From the human T2T-CHM13v2.0 reference genome, Homo sapiens, in NCBI GenBank assembly GCA_009914755.4, contig CP086569.2, positions 17,376,001 to 17,440,000 on the forward strand: a stretch of 64,000 nucleotides of DNA. Direction: 5' to 3'. Positions 41,157-56,087 of this stretch are shown piece after piece (the first letter of the stretch is position 1; the number at the start of each line of letters is the position of its first letter). The notes under the pieces were generated by a model. That model was given only the letters and a program-made list of their open reading frames with translations, was not told the origin of the DNA and searched no databases. The position numbers were made by a program, and so were the translations under genes.

Positions 41157-44100
41157 TTATCTCATTGTGGTTTTGATTTGCATTTCTCTGATGACCAGGG
41201 AAGATGAGCATTTTTTCATATGTCTGTTGGCTGCATAAATGTCTTCTTTTGAGAAGTGTCTGTTCATATGCTTTGCCCACTTTTTGAGGGGATTGTTTGT
41301 ATTTTTCTGGTAAATTTGTTTAAGTTCTTTGTAGATTCTGGATTTTAGCCCTTTGTCAGATGGGTAGATTGCAAAAATTTTCTTCCATTCTGTAGGTTGC
41401 CTGTTTACTCTGATGATAGTTTCTTTTGCTGTGCAGAAGCTCTTTAGTTCAATTAGATCCCATTTGTCTATTTTGGCTTTTGTTGCCATTGCCTTTGGTG
41501 TTTTAGTCATGAAGTCTTTGCCTATACCTGTGTGCTGAATGGTATTGCCTTGGTTTTCCTTTAGGGTTTTTATGGTTTTAGGTTTAACATTTAAGTCTTT
41601 AATACATCTTGAATTAATTTTTGTATAATGTGTAAGGAAGGGATCCACTTTCAGCTTTCTACATGTGGCTAGCCAGTTTTACCAGCACAATTTATTAAAT
41701 AGGGAATCCTTTCCCCACTTCTCTTTTTTTGTCAGATTTGTCAAAGATCAGATGGTTGTAGATGTGTAGTGTTATTTCTGAGGCCTCTGTTCTGTTCCAT
41801 TGGTCTATATATCTGTTTTGATACCAGTACCATGCTGTTTTGGTTACTGTAGCCTTGTAGTATAGTTTGAAGTCATGTATTGATGCCTCTAGCTTTGTTC
41901 TTTTTGCTTAGGATTGTCTAGGCTATGCAGTCTCTTTTTTGGTTCCATATGAACTTTAAAGTAGTTTTTCCTGATTCTGTAAAGAAAATCATTGGTAGCT
42001 TGATGGGGATGGCATTGAATCTATAAATTACCTTGGGTAGTATGGCCATTTCCATGATATTGATTCTTCCCATTCATGAGCATGGAATGTTCTTCCATTT
42101 GTTTGTGTCTTCTTTTATTTCGTTGAGCAGTGGTTTGTAGCTCTCCTTGAAGAGATCCTTCACATCCCTTGTAAGTTGGATTCCTAGGTATTTTATTCTC
42201 TTTGGAGCAATTATGAATGGGAGTTCACTCATGATTTGGCTCTCTCTTTGTCTGTTATTGGTGTATAGTGATGCTTCTGATTTTTGCACATTGATATTGT
42301 ATCCTGAAACTTTGCTGAAGTTGCTTATCAGCTTAAGGATATTTGAGGCTGAGATGACTGGGTTTTCTAAATATACAATCTTGTCATCTGCAAACAGGAA
42401 AAATTTGACTTTCTCTTTTCCAAACTGAATACCCTTTATTTGTTTCTCTTGCCTGATTGCCCTGGCCAGAACTTCCAACACTATGTTGAATAGGGGTAGT
42501 GAGAGAGGGCATCCTTCTCATCTGCCAGTTTTCAAAGGGAATGCTTCCAGTTTTTGCCCATTCAGTATGATATTGGCCATGGGTTTGTCATAGATAGCTC
42601 TTATTATTTTGAGATGCATTCCATCAATACCTTGTTTATTGTGTTTGTAGCATGAAGGCTGTTGAATTTTGTCAAAGGTCTTTTCTACATCTATTGAGAT
42701 AATCATGTGGTTTTTGCTGTTGGTTCTGCTTATGTGATGAATTACATTTATTGATTTACATATGTTGAACCAGCCTTGCATCCCAGGGATGAGGCCAACT
42801 TGATTGTGACAGATAAGCTTTTTGATGTGCTGCTGGATTCAGTTTGTCAATATTTTATTGAGGATTTTCACGTTGATGTTCATCAGGGATATTGGTCTAA
42901 AATTCTTTTTTTTGTTATGTCTCTGCCAGGCTGTGGTATCAGGATGACGCTGGCCTCATAAAATGAGTTAAGGAGGCTTACCTCTTTCTCCGCTGATTGT
43001 AATAGTATCAAAAGGAATGGTACCAGCTTCTTTTTGTACCTCTAGTAGAATTTGGCTGTGAATCCATCTGGTCCTGAACTTTTTTGGTTGGTAGGCTATT
43101 AATTATTGACTCAATTTCAGAGCCTGTTATTCCTCTATTCAGAGACTCAACTTCTTCCTGGTTTAGACATGGGAGGGTATATGTGTCCAGGGATTTTTCC
43201 ATTTCTTCTAGATTTTCTAGTTAATTTGTGTAGAGGTGTTTACAGTATTCTTTGATAGTAATTTGTATTTCTGTGGGATTGGAGTTGATATCCCCTTTAT
43301 CAGTTTTAATACCATCTACATGATTTTTCTCCCTTTTCTTCTTTATTAGTCTTGCTAATAGTCTATATATTTTGTTGATCTTTTCAAAAAACCAGCTCTT
43401 GGATTCATTGATTTTTTGAAGGTTTTTTGTGTCTCTTTCTCCTTCAGTTCTGCTCCGATCTTAGTTATTTCTTCCCTTCTGTTAGCTTTTGAATTTGTTT
43501 ATCTTGCTTCTCTAATTCTTTTAATTGTGATATTAGGGTGTCAAATGTAGATCTTTCCTGCTTTCTCTGGTGGGCATTTAGCGCTATAAATTTCCCTCTA
43601 CACACTGACTTAAATGTATCACAGAGATTCTGATACATTGTGTCTTTGTTCTCATTGGTTTCGAAGAATATATTTATTTGGGCTTTTATTTTGTTATTTA
43701 CCCAGTAGTCATTCAGGAGCAGGTTGCTCAGTTTCCATGTAGTTGTGAGTTTTGAGTGAATTTGTTAATCCTGAATTCTAATTTGATTGCACTGTGGTCT
43801 GAGAGACTGTTTGTTGTGATCTCTGTTCTATTATATTTGCTGAGGAGTGTTTTACATCCAATTTTGTGGTCAACTTTAGAAAAAGTGTGATGTGGTGCTG
43901 AGAAGAATGTATATTCTGTTTATTTGGGGTGAAGAGTTTTGTAGATGTCTATTAGGTCTGCTTGGTGCAGTGCTGAATTCAAGTCCTGAATATCCTTGTT
44001 AACCCTCTGTATCACTGATCTCTCTAATATTGTCAGTGGGGTGTTAAAGTCTTCCATTATTATTGTATGAGAGTCTATGTCTCTTTATAGGTCTCTCAGA

Positions 44101-44300
44101 ACTTGCTTTATGATTCTGGGTGCTCCTGTATTGGCAGCATATGTATTTAGGATAATTACCTCTTCTTGTTGAATTGATCCCTTTTACCATTGTGTAATGG
44201 CCTTCTTTGTCTCTTTTGATCTTTGTTGGTTTAAAGTCTGATTCATCAGAGACTAGAATTGCAATCCCTGCTTTTTGTTTTGTTTTGTTTTCCATTTGCT
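41157..44300 (-). pseudogene. L1 ORF2 (endonuclease/reverse transcriptase) remnant, broken into ORF fragments of 163 aa or less
   Basis: Several short ORFs in the six-frame track translate to ORF2p segments (EN, RT and C-terminal domains) in colinear order on the minus strand. No frame stays open for more than about 500 nt. Confidence 0.85.
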
Positions 44301-44545
44301 TGGTAGATCTTCTTCCAACCCTTTATTTTGAGCCTATGCGTGTCTCTGGACATGAGATGGGGCTCCATACCCTTTAAACCAATTCTAAGGTTCTTCTCAA
44401 CTTCAAATAGTCCTCCTTTCTTCAACTTCTTTCTTCTTGGAGATTTCAAAGTTTGGCTCTCCATTTGCTTAGTAAATATTCTTCCATCCCTTTATTTGGA
44501 GCCTATGTGTGTCTTTTTATGTGAGATGGGGCTCCTGAATACAGC
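44292..44545 (-). repeat. Internal tandem duplication inside the L1 at the ORF1/ORF2 boundary region. Two copies of about 85 bp are separated by about 85 bp of filler.
   Basis: Copy 1 ccatttgcttggtagatcttcttccaaccctttattttgagcctatgcgtgtctctggacatgagatggggctcc (44292-44375). Copy 2 ccatttgcttagtaaatattcttccatccctttatttggagcctatgtgtgtctttttatgtgagatggggctcctgaatacagc (44461-44545). Confidence 0.7.
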
Positions 44546-45197
44546 ACACTGATGGGTCTTGACTATCCAATTTGCCAGTCTGTGTCTTTTAATTGGGAAA
44601 TTTAGCCCATTTACATTTAAGGTTAATATTGTTATGCATGAATTTGATCCTGTCATTATGATGTTAGCTGGTTATTTTTCCTGTTAATTGATGCAGTTTC
44701 TTCATAGCATCAATGGTCTTTACAATTTGGCATGTTTTTGCAGTGGCTGGTACTGGTTGTTCCTTTCCATGTTTAGTGCTTCCTTCAGGAGCTCTTGTAA
44801 GGAAGGTCTGGTGGTGACAAAAGTCTCTCAGTATTCACTTCTCTGTAAAGGATTTTATTTCTCCTTCACTTTATGAAGGTTAGTTTGGCTGGATATGAAA
44901 TTCTGGGTTGAAAAATTCTTTTCTTTAAGAATGTTAAATATTGGCACCCAATTTCTTCTGGCTTGTAGGGTTTCTGGAAAGATCTGCTGTTAGTCTGATG
45001 AGCTTTCCTTTGTGGGTAACATGACCTTTCTCTCTGGCTGCCCTTAACATATTTTTTCTTCATTTCAACCTTGGTGAAACTGACAATTATGTGTCTTGGG
45101 CTTGCTCTTCTTGAAGAGTGTCTTTGTGGTGGTCTTTGTATTTCTTGAATTTTAATGTTGGTCTGCGTTGCTAGGTTTGTGAATTTCTCCTGGATAA

Positions 45198-45557
<360 letters not shown>

Positions 45558-46120
45558 TCTTCCTGTCACTTTCAAGTACACCAATCAAACATAGATTTTG
45601 TCTCTCCACATAGTCTCATATCTCTTGGAGGTTTTGTTCATTTCTTTTCACTCTTTTTTCTTAATCTTGTCTTCTCACTTTGTTTAATTAATTTGTTCTT
45701 CAGTCACGGAATTTGTTCTTCAATCACTGACATCTTTTCTCCCACTTAATTGAATCAGCTATTGAAGCTTGTGCATGCATCACAAAGTTCTTGTGTCATG
45801 GTTTTCAGCTCTATCAGGTCACTTAAAGTCTTCTCTACACTGTTTATTCTAGTTAGCCACTCATCTAACCTGTTTTCTAGGTTTTTACCTTCCTTGCAAT
45901 AGGTTAGAACATGCTCCTTTAGCTTGGAGAAGTTCGTTATTACTACTGACCTTCTGCAGCCTACTTCTGTCAACTCGTCAAATTCATTCTCTACCCAGTT
46001 TTGTTTCATTGCTGGCGAGGAGCTGTGATCCTTTGAAGGAGAAGAGGTGCTCTGGTTTTTGGAATTTTCAGCTCTTCTGCTCTGTTTTCTCCCCTTCTTT
46101 GTGGTTTTGTCTACATTTGG
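45558..46120 (-). pseudogene. L1 ORF1 remnant. The N-terminal roughly 120 codons are open, then the frame is disrupted and interrupted by the nested Alu.
   Basis: The ORF at 45755-46198 (-) contains the ORF1p N-terminal homologue ...SKNQSTSSPSKDHSSSPAMKQNWVENEFDELTEVGCRRS..., preceded in frame by translated 5'UTR. Confidence 0.8.
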
Positions 46121-47604
46121 TCTGTGATATTGGTGACCTACACATGGGATTTTGGTGTGGATGTCCTTTTTGTTGATGTTGATGCTATTTCTTTCCATTT
46201 GTTAGTTTTCCTTCTAACAGTCAGGGGCCTCAGCTGCAGGTCTGTTGGTGTTTGCTGGAGGTCCACTCCAGACCCTGTTTGCCTAGGTATCACCAGCAGA
46301 GGCCAAAGAACAGCAAATATTGCAGAACAGCAAATATTTCTGCCTGATCATTCCTCTGGAAGTTTTGTCCCAAAGGGGCACCCATATGTATGAGGTGTCT
46401 GTCAGCCCTACTGGGATTGTCTCTCAGTCAGGCTACATGGGGGTCAGGGACTCACTTGAGGAGGCGGTTTGTCCTTTCTCAGAGCTTGAACACTGTGCTG
46501 GGAGAACTACTGCTCTCTTCAGAGTTGTCAGACAGGGACGTTTCAGTCTGCGGAAGTTGTGTGCTGCCTTTTGTTCAGCTACTCCCTTCCCACAGAGGTG
46601 GAGTCTGGAGAGGCAGTAGACTTTGCTGAGCTGCAGTGGGCTCTGCCCAGTTCAAGCTTCTTGGCCACTTTGTTTACCTACTCAAGCCTCAGCAATTGTG
46701 GATTCCCCTTCCCCCGCCAGGCTACAGTGTCACAGGTCAATCTCAGACTGCTGTGGTATCAGTGAGCAAGGATCCATGGGCGTGGGACCCACCAAGCCAG
46801 GCATGGGAGGGAATCTCCTGGTCTTTCGGTTGCTAAGACCATGGGAAAAGTGCAATATTTGGACAGGGAGTGTACCGTTCCTCCAGGTACAGTCTGTCAC
46901 GGCTTCCTTTGGCTAGGAAAGGGGAAATCCCCCAACGCTTTGCACCTCCCGGGTGAGGCAACACCCGCCCAGCTTTGGCTCACCCTCTGTGGGCTGCACC
47001 CATTGTCCAACCAGTCCCAGTGAGATGAACCAGGTACCTCAGTTGGAAATGCAGAAATCACCCATCTTCTGCGTCAATCTTGCGTGCAGAACAGAGCTGT
47101 TCCTATTCGGCCATCTTGGACGTGACTCCGAGAGATTGTTTACTTAACCTTTTTATGAAGCTAAGTATTTTGACATGATGTGTATATTGACTTGAGACAT
47201 GACTTTTTTTCAAGTCATATTATTCCCTGATTTGGAAGGTTTCAATGTGCATAAAAATATAGATACCCAAATAAGAACTTATTTACTTTTTATTGTATTA
47301 TTTAGAACCTCTGTTATTTTTCCATTCATTGTAACTCTTTGCTCTTATTAGAAATCCTTTGTAGAAATGATTGCTGAAATCTGGTCTTCAAGTAATTTGA
47401 ACATTGAAAAATCATTTAACATTTTACATTCTTAGTTGTGTGTATGAAATAAAGTAATGATAGAAACAACAATGACCTAATGTCTCTGACTTGACAGTTT
47501 TTCAATCACACCTTCTTCATGGTTTGGATGTAGACAAAGGTAAACTCTAGGTCATTGAAATACCACAGATCTGCTCAAAAAAGTAAAAAAATGGCAGCTG
47601 ATTA

Positions 47605-47631
47605 TACACACACACACACACACACACACAA
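47605..47631. repeat. (CA)n microsatellite
   Basis: acacacacacacacacacacacacaa. Confidence 0.9.
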
Positions 47632-47947
47632 CAATCACACAGATCATCTGTCTACTTTAGTGATAATTGCTAACATAACTTATTAAGTTGAAGTAAATAA
47701 AGTTTTGGTAAACTGAATGCTTCAGTTGAAACCACTAGGGGGTCATTACAGAATATAATTTTACCAGAGACCTGGTGGATGTAGTTGGAGTACATCCTAG
47801 TGCTCCTTTTTCAATATGCACCTTCATGCAGATCTTTCAAACCAACTGATTTCACAGACCACCATCAATGGTGACCAATGGAGATCAATACTTGCTAAAT
47901 TTTGGAAATAAAATAGTAATGGAACTTAGAATCTAGCTATATGTATT

Positions 47948-48880
47948 TGCTAGTGCTGCCATAACAAAGTCCCACAGAATGTGCGACCTAAACAACATTT
48001 ATTCTCCTACAGTCCTGGAGACTAAAAGTCTGAGATCAAGGTGTCACAGGGCTACTTCCTCCTAAGCCCTCTCCCCTTGGCTTGTAGATGCCATCTTCTC
48101 CCTGTGTCCTCATGTGGTTGTCTCTCTCTGTGTCTGTGTCCCAATCTCTTCTTATAATGATGCCAGTCCTGTTGGATCAGGGCCTACCCTAATGACCTCG
48201 TTTTGTTTTAATTGGCACTTTAAAGGACCTATCTCCAAATACAGTCACTGTCTGAGGTACTGGGCTTTAAGACTTTAATATGTGTGTTTGGGGTAAATGC
48301 TGCTTACATGAAAATGGAGGCAAAGTAATGTCAAACAAACAATCCAAATACAGTCACTTTCTGAGGTACTGGGCATTAGGACTTTAATATGTGTATTTTA
48401 GGTAAATGCTGCTTCCATGAAAATGGAGGCAAAGTAATGCCAAACAATTGGTGAAATTTTTATCAAACAGCTTGTGTCAGACATACCACTGGTGAAAATG
48501 TACCATATATATACACAATGGAATACTACGCAGCTATAAAAAAGAATGAGATCACATTCTTTGCAGAAACATGGATGGAGTCCTTAGCAAACTATCATAG
48601 GAACAGAAAACCAAATACTGCACATTCTCACTTATAAGCAAGAGCTAAATAATGAGAACACATGGACACTTGGGGAGGAACGACACACACTGGGGTCTAT
48701 TGGAGGGTGGAGAATGGTAGGATGGAAATAATCAGGAAAAATAACTTAATACTAGCCTTAATACCTAGGTGATGAAACAACCTGTACAATACACCCTCAT
48801 TACACACTTTTACCTATGTAACAAACTTGCACATACACCTATGAACTTAAAAGTTAAAAAAAGAAGGAACATGTAGAATA
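47948..48880 (+). mobile_element. Older LINE-1 (L1PB/L1MA-type) long 3'UTR and 3' end, sense. It contains a 2 x 108-bp tandem duplication at 48235-48447.
   Basis: ...gctgccataacaaagtcccacagaatgtgcgacctaaacaacatttattctcctacagtcctggagactaaaagtctgagatcaaggtgtcacagggctacttcctcctaagccctctccccttggcttgtagatgccatcttctccctgtgtcctcatgtgg...cctaccctaatgacctcgttttgttttaattggcactttaaaggacctatctccaaatacagtcactgtctgaggtactggg..., then ...ccatatatatacacaatggaatactacgcagctataaaaaagaatgagatcacattctttgcagaaacatggatggag...ttctcacttataagcaagagctaaataatgagaacacatggacac...cctatgtaacaaacttgcacatacacctatgaacttaaaagttaaaaaaag. Confidence 0.7.
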
Positions 48881-49059
48881 TAAATTTTATTCTTTTCTTT
48901 TTAAATAACTTATAGTAAATAAACCTCAACAGCAGACTTCACATATTTTTATACTGTTGTTAGTAATATTTTCTCCTTCATTTTGTTTCCCATTCCCATG
49001 TCTTTTCCCAGATCATACCTGCTTTCAGTATTTACTACTGAAATAACAGAATTGAACAC

Positions 49060-50020
<961 letters not shown>

Positions 50021-50339
50021 CCAATTTACTTTCAATTCTGTAACCAACCTATTGCAAATTGCACAATAAAGACATATTTTGACACTTTCTATTTCTCAAG
50101 TTTAGCTCTATCTCAGCAAGATTAAGACAGGTGAAGAGGTGAGTTTTTTGGTGTAAATGACCTTCTAAACTCCAAGGAATGGGTTATAAATGGAGACTTT
50201 TAAGTAAAAACTTTAAAACATTGCTTTATCACCACTGGTGAATTAATCTCAATATCATACAATATTTAACATTATTTTTCATGAAACAGAATTTTGGAAA
50301 TAGGAAATACATATGTTCCCATTTACAATATTTATCATA

Positions 50340-50680
50340 CTGATTTTTTAAACTTTTAAGTTCAGGGGTGCATGTGCAGGACTATTACATGGGTAAATGC
50401 ACATCTTTCATCATGCAGGTAGTAAGCCTAGCACCCATTAGTTATTTTTGCTGATCCTCCCCCTCCTCCCACCTTCCAGTAGGCCACAGTGTGTGTGTTG
50501 TTCTCCTCTGTATGTCCCTGTGTTCTCATCATTTAGCTCCCACTTGTAAGTGAGAACTTGTGGTATTCAGTTATCTATTCCTGCATTATTTGCTAAGGAT
50601 AAAGGCCCACAGGCTTCATCCATGTTCCTGCAAAAGACATGATCTTGTTCTTCTGTTATGGCTGCATAGTATTCACGCTG
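50340..50680 (-). mobile_element. LINE-1 3'-end fragment (older, L1PB-like), antisense
   Basis: ttttaaacttttaagttcaggggtgcatgtgcaggactattacatgggtaaatgcacatctttcatcatgcaggtagtaagcctagcacccattagttatttttgctgatcctccccctcctcccaccttcc...gtgttctcatcatttagctcccacttgtaagtgagaacttgtggtattc...ggctgcatagtattc. Confidence 0.8.
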
Positions 50681-50852
50681 CTTTTAATATAAGAAATACA
50701 TGCCCTGAACATATATTTTGCATATTTAGTTACCACATAAAACTCAGGATATAGATTCTGATTATGTCTATTGTAGAATCCTGCAACTTACAGTGTTTTT
50801 AAAAATTTTTCCATCATTCTCATGTTTTGCTTTAAAACTTTACAGAGAAGAC

Positions 50853-51160
50853 TAGGCATGGCGACTCACGCCTGTAATCTCAGCAGTTTGGGAGGCTGAG
50901 GTGGGTGGATCGTTTGAGTTCAAGAGCTTGAGACCAGCCTGCCCAACATTGTGAAACCTTGTCTCTACTAAAAAATAAGAAAATAAAAAAGTTAGGTGGG
51001 CATGGGGGTGGGTGCCTGTAGTCCCAGCTATTCAGGAGGCTGAGGCAGGAGAACCACTTGAACCTGGGAAGTGGAGGCTATAGGGAGCTGGGATCATGCC
51101 ACTGCACTCCACCCTGGGTGACAGAACGAGACAGTCTCTAAACAAATAAAAACAACAAAC
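50853..51160 (+). mobile_element. Alu SINE, full length, with an A-rich tail
   Basis: ggcatggcgactcacgcctgtaatctcagcagtttgggaggctgaggtgggtggatcgtttgagttcaagagcttgagaccagcctgcccaacattgtgaaaccttgtctctactaaaaaataagaaaataaaaaagttaggtgggcatggg...ccactgcactccaccctgggtgacagaacgagacagtctctaaacaaataaaaac. Confidence 0.9.
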
Positions 51161-52224
51161 CAACAACAAAACTTTACAGAGAAAATGAAAAGTAACCACT
51201 GTTGATAATTTTCCTCCTCACCATTAGGCATGATTATTCGAATTCTCTCATCATCTAGGATATAGAAGTAAAAAACGTACAAATCACCAAATTGCTAATA
51301 AAACTGTAGGAATTATTTATATGTGTTCTTTTCATGTCTCAAGCAGAGAAACTGCATCTCTACAGGTTTCAGCACATTTATCCAGAGTTGTTATGATAAA
51401 TTTTCCAAAATGATCCGAAATTGCTGGTCCACAAATTCCTTTAAGATTTGTAAAACCTCAAATGTAAATGCAATGTATTTGTATGTGATGGTTTGACTAC
51501 TCAAGCTTTATCACAAAAGATACCTGTATTTATTTTAAAACATTTTAATAATGTACTTACAGAAGATGTTGCAAAAAAATGCTTCAGAAAAAAAGAAGAG
51601 AAGAAAGAAAAACAAACACCAGATTCCAATCCCCCTATTATGCAACTTACAATTTTTTCATTTTTTCAGGAGCAGTCCATAGCTTTTTTGAACCCTCAAT
51701 ATGTCCAGTGTGTTTAATGGCTCTGCCAATCTAGGAAGGAGAGAATCAACAAGAGCAGAAACGTCCTCTACTTGGTCATTTAATTAAAGATAATAAAAGA
51801 CCATTTTGCTTCTTCACAGGCTTGAGTAAGCAGCATGGAATACTGTAATAGCGATTATTAAATGTTTAAATATCATGCTTAAATTTCTGATTTGGGTTAT
51901 TATTTTTCAATTTTAAACAGTGCATAGTGACCCTCCCTGTAGATGGCAATATTATTCAAAACACAACATCACCTTTTATCTTCAGGAGATTTGCTGTGCA
52001 TTACAGGTGAAGTGAGATTGTGTCACAGACATAATATTAAATACATATATTATTTTATATACTTGGGGAATTGGATTTTGGAGATATGGAAAAAAAGACT
52101 GAATAAAACTGGCAAAATCTTGACAATTGTTGAAACTTGGTAAATAAACCTAATAGACAGAAAGATGCTAGATGTTTTTTTCTGATTCTCTCCCAACTCC
52201 TACCTTCCAATCTCAAGTAGTCCC

Positions 52225-52315
52225 CAGAGTTTCCCTATATAACAAACCTGCACATGTACCCTGAACCTAAAATAAAAGTTAATACAAAAATAAATAAATA
52301 AAATAAAAAGTGCTT
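52225..52315 (+). mobile_element. Very short LINE-1 extreme 3'-end fragment with A-rich tail
   Basis: ccctatataacaaacctgcacatgtaccctgaacctaaaataaaagttaatacaaaaataaataaataaaataaaaag. Confidence 0.6.
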
Positions 52316-53859
52316 CTGTTTTCCTTACATGTGTAAAACAAAACAAAGATCTTAGATAGACAGATAAATGATAGATTGATAGACATCTTGTGTGGTTGAA
52401 CAAGTGGGCAAAGATAAAACGTGCATCCAATTCCATATGACTTAGTGGATGTTTGTGTTTATTTTTATTTATTTTTTTGATGTCAGAAATCAATATATTA
52501 CAAAAGAAAGTTGTTTTCCCACTGTTCACTGATTTATTGTCTACTTTTGAATTTGTATAAAAACAACCAATGGTTGATACATGGAGGAAAATCTGGAACA
52601 TGTTCTACATTACTGTTACTTAGAAAATAATAATAAATATCATTGCTTAGCTATGTAGATGATAGTTTTATTTAAAGGTTTAAGTCAATGAATCACCTAG
52701 TTACAACACAGTGTATGACACCAAGCTGCAGGAAGGCCTAGTACATATTTCTTGGATGCCTGGATTAGGGGAATATTTTGGAAGTGGTTTGTAAAATGGA
52801 TTAAAGATGATATAATGAGCACATGGGCTGAGGGAGTGGAGATAAGGGACTTGAGTGGTGTGCTCATGCACTACTATGCACAACAGTTATGCAACATGAA
52901 CAGATGAGTCCATCCTAGTGAGTAGAAATGGGTCAAGCATCTGTGAACCTCAAACTGCACTATCTGTGTGTGCTTTTAAAGTGTACAACAGCATCGGACA
53001 GACAGCCTGTCAAAAATTGCTGAACATGAATATCCTTTGTTTGCCATATCTGATAATGAAAAAAAGCAAAATTTTGTAGCACTACATGGATTATATGGAT
53101 GTGCGTGTGTGTGTGTACGTGTGTGCACGAATGCGTACACAAGCTTATGCATCTGTGATAGCCTTTCAAATCAAGTCAAAAATATTTTATTTATATTCTT
53201 ATTCTATAAATTATTTATAATGTGTGAATTTATATTTGTTATGTTCTGAATTCTAAATTTTGGGTGCATACACACCCAAAATTTCTATGTCAGAGCCTTA
53301 ACCCCCAGAACCTCAGAATGTGATTATATTTGGAGACAGAATCTTTAAAGAGGTGATTAATGTACAAGGAGGTCACTAGGGTGGGCCCTGATGCATGCAA
53401 TAGGACTGGTGTCCTTGTAAGAAGAGGACATGAGGATACAGACACACACAGAAGGACAATCCTTTGAGGACTCTTCAAGAGAAGATCTCTTGAAGCCAAG
53501 GAGACAGGCCTCAGGAGGAATCAGCCCTGCTCATGCCTTAATCTTAGATTTCCAGCCTCCAGGGCTGTGAGAGAATCAATGTCCGTTGTTTATAAGCCAC
53601 CCAGTCTATGGTATCCTGTTATGGCAGCTCGAAACAGACTAAGACATCGCATAAGAAGAGGAGATGAGGACACACCCACACACAGAGTGACAACCAGGTG
53701 AAGAAACAGGGAGAAGACAGCATCTATAAGACAAAGAGAGAGGACTCACAACTCTGGGAGAATAAATATCTGTCCTTTAAGCTGCTTAGTCTGTCATCCT
53801 TTGTTACAGTAGCCCCAAGAGTAAAAAAGGTCCACATTATCCCAATGTATTATTTACAG

Positions 53860-54050
53860 GAGATACTATATATGTATAAATACATATATACATATGTATA
53901 GATACTATATATACACATATATAGATACTATATATATACATATATAGATACATATATATACACATATATATACTATATATATACATATATATATACATAT
54001 ATAGATACTATACATATACATATGTATAGATACTATATATGTATAAATAC
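53860..54050. repeat. Compound tandem repeat built from TATACA / TATAGA / TACATA units (about 12-24 bp, higher-order periodicity)
   Basis: atatatgtataaatacatatatacatatgtatagatactatatatacacatatatagatactatatatatacatatatagatacatatatatacacatatatatactatatatatacatatatatatacatatatagatactatacatatacatatgtatagatactatatatgtataaatac. Confidence 0.85.
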
Positions 54051-55159
54051 ATTCTTTTAAAAATTTTCAATATCCAGTCATTCCTGGATATTGAGTGACA
54101 TCTTGTAAGAGCTTTCTTGCTGTTGGGGACTAACTAAAACATCCCTAGGCAGGGCAGGGAATTTTGTAGTAATCTAGTGTTTCTTCATTAATTAAGAAAT
54201 CAATAAGAGAAAATATATAAGATTATTATGCTAGTATTAGAAGGCATCTTTTTCATTTAGAATGTATCCATAATATAGTTAAGATTATACAAATTTAAAG
54301 TGTAATCCTTACTTAGTCCACAGGTACTTATTATTTGAATTTAATAAATGTGTTTTTATAATCAGGTATGTTCTACATTAATCACAATGTAGGTCAGTAT
54401 AAAAAGATGGTACTCTGAAGAAAATATTCATGGTGCTAAAATTTTATCTTTCCTTAGAAATAATATTTTTTAATCATCTTGAAATATTCAGACTAGAATC
54501 CTGATCTGTTTTGCTGAAGTGATGAGACAGACAAAAAGAAGAATGTGATATTAAGTGGCCTGCTGTCAGAAATATGTAGTAATTAGTTTTTGTAATGATG
54601 TCTAGAATAATACACATCACTTAAAAGAGGAAAGATAAAATATTAAAAATATTTTTTAAAAAGCCCACATGTCAGAGGAAACTATGATATTTTAAGATAC
54701 CTTGTGGATGTGAAATGTACCAGTCACAAAAATAAGTGGAATAAATAAAAACATGAGTTACTTATATTAGAAAAATTATAAAGAAATATTTCTTTGTTTT
54801 AAGCAACCAAACTTGTAAATGTCGAACCTATGTAATAATCCTAGATGAAAATAGATCTCACTAAGATTTAGCATTGATTGCTAAGGATAATTACACATTT
54901 TATGTGTTAAATATACATATACCCTAAAGTTTGCTATTTTAATCATTATTAAATGTACAATTCAGTGGTATTAATTAAAATCACAATGCTGCTCAAGCCA
55001 TGAGCACTATTTTCAAACCACTTTAATTACTCCAAAGAGAAACTCTGTAGCTCTGACTCCCTTCTTTTCCCTCCCCTGAGCTCCTGGTAACAGTTATCCT
55101 ATATTTTCTCTCTATGAATTCGGCTATTCCAGTTATTTTATATAAGTGGGATTATGTAA

Positions 55160-55595
<436 letters not shown>

Positions 55596-55959
55596 TAAGA
55601 CTAAATAATATTCCACTGTATGGATTGGCCACATTTTGATTGGCCGCCGATCAACTGATATACACATGATTTGTTTCCAATTCGTAGCTATTTAAAGAAT
55701 GCTTCCATGAACACTCATGTATAATTTTCTGTTTGAGTCCTGTCTTTAATTACCTGCACCTGAATTTGAATAGTGAAATTGCTGAGTCATATAGTAATTC
55801 TACTTTTAATTTTGAAAGGAAGCATCATATTTTTACCTGTAATGACTATAGCATTTTACATTCTCACCAAAGATGAATAAGTACTCCTACATATCCACAT
55901 CCTCACCAACACTTGTGACTTTACGATTAAGAATTATTTTGTTTTTTAACATTTTTTTA

Positions 55960-56087
55960 ATTTTTTTTTTGGTAGAAATGCTCTATCACTGTGTTGCCAG
56001 GGCTGGTCTCAAACTCTTGGTCTCAATCCTCCCACTTTTGCTTCCCAAAGTGCAGGGATTACAGACATAAGCCAGTACTTCTAGCCA
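55960..56087 (-). mobile_element. Monomeric Alu-like fragment (FLAM/FRAM-like or a truncated Alu right arm)
   Basis: tttttttttggtagaaatgctctatcactgtgttgccagggctggtctcaaactcttggtctcaatcctcccacttttgcttcccaaagtgcagggattacagacataagccagtacttctagcc. Confidence 0.7.

Noticed and set aside
46200-47130. Relatively GC- and CpG-richer block considered as a CpG island or promoter
   Set aside because: It is the L1PA 5'UTR (the internal L1 promoter), with about 15 CpGs remaining, so it is not a host gene promoter.
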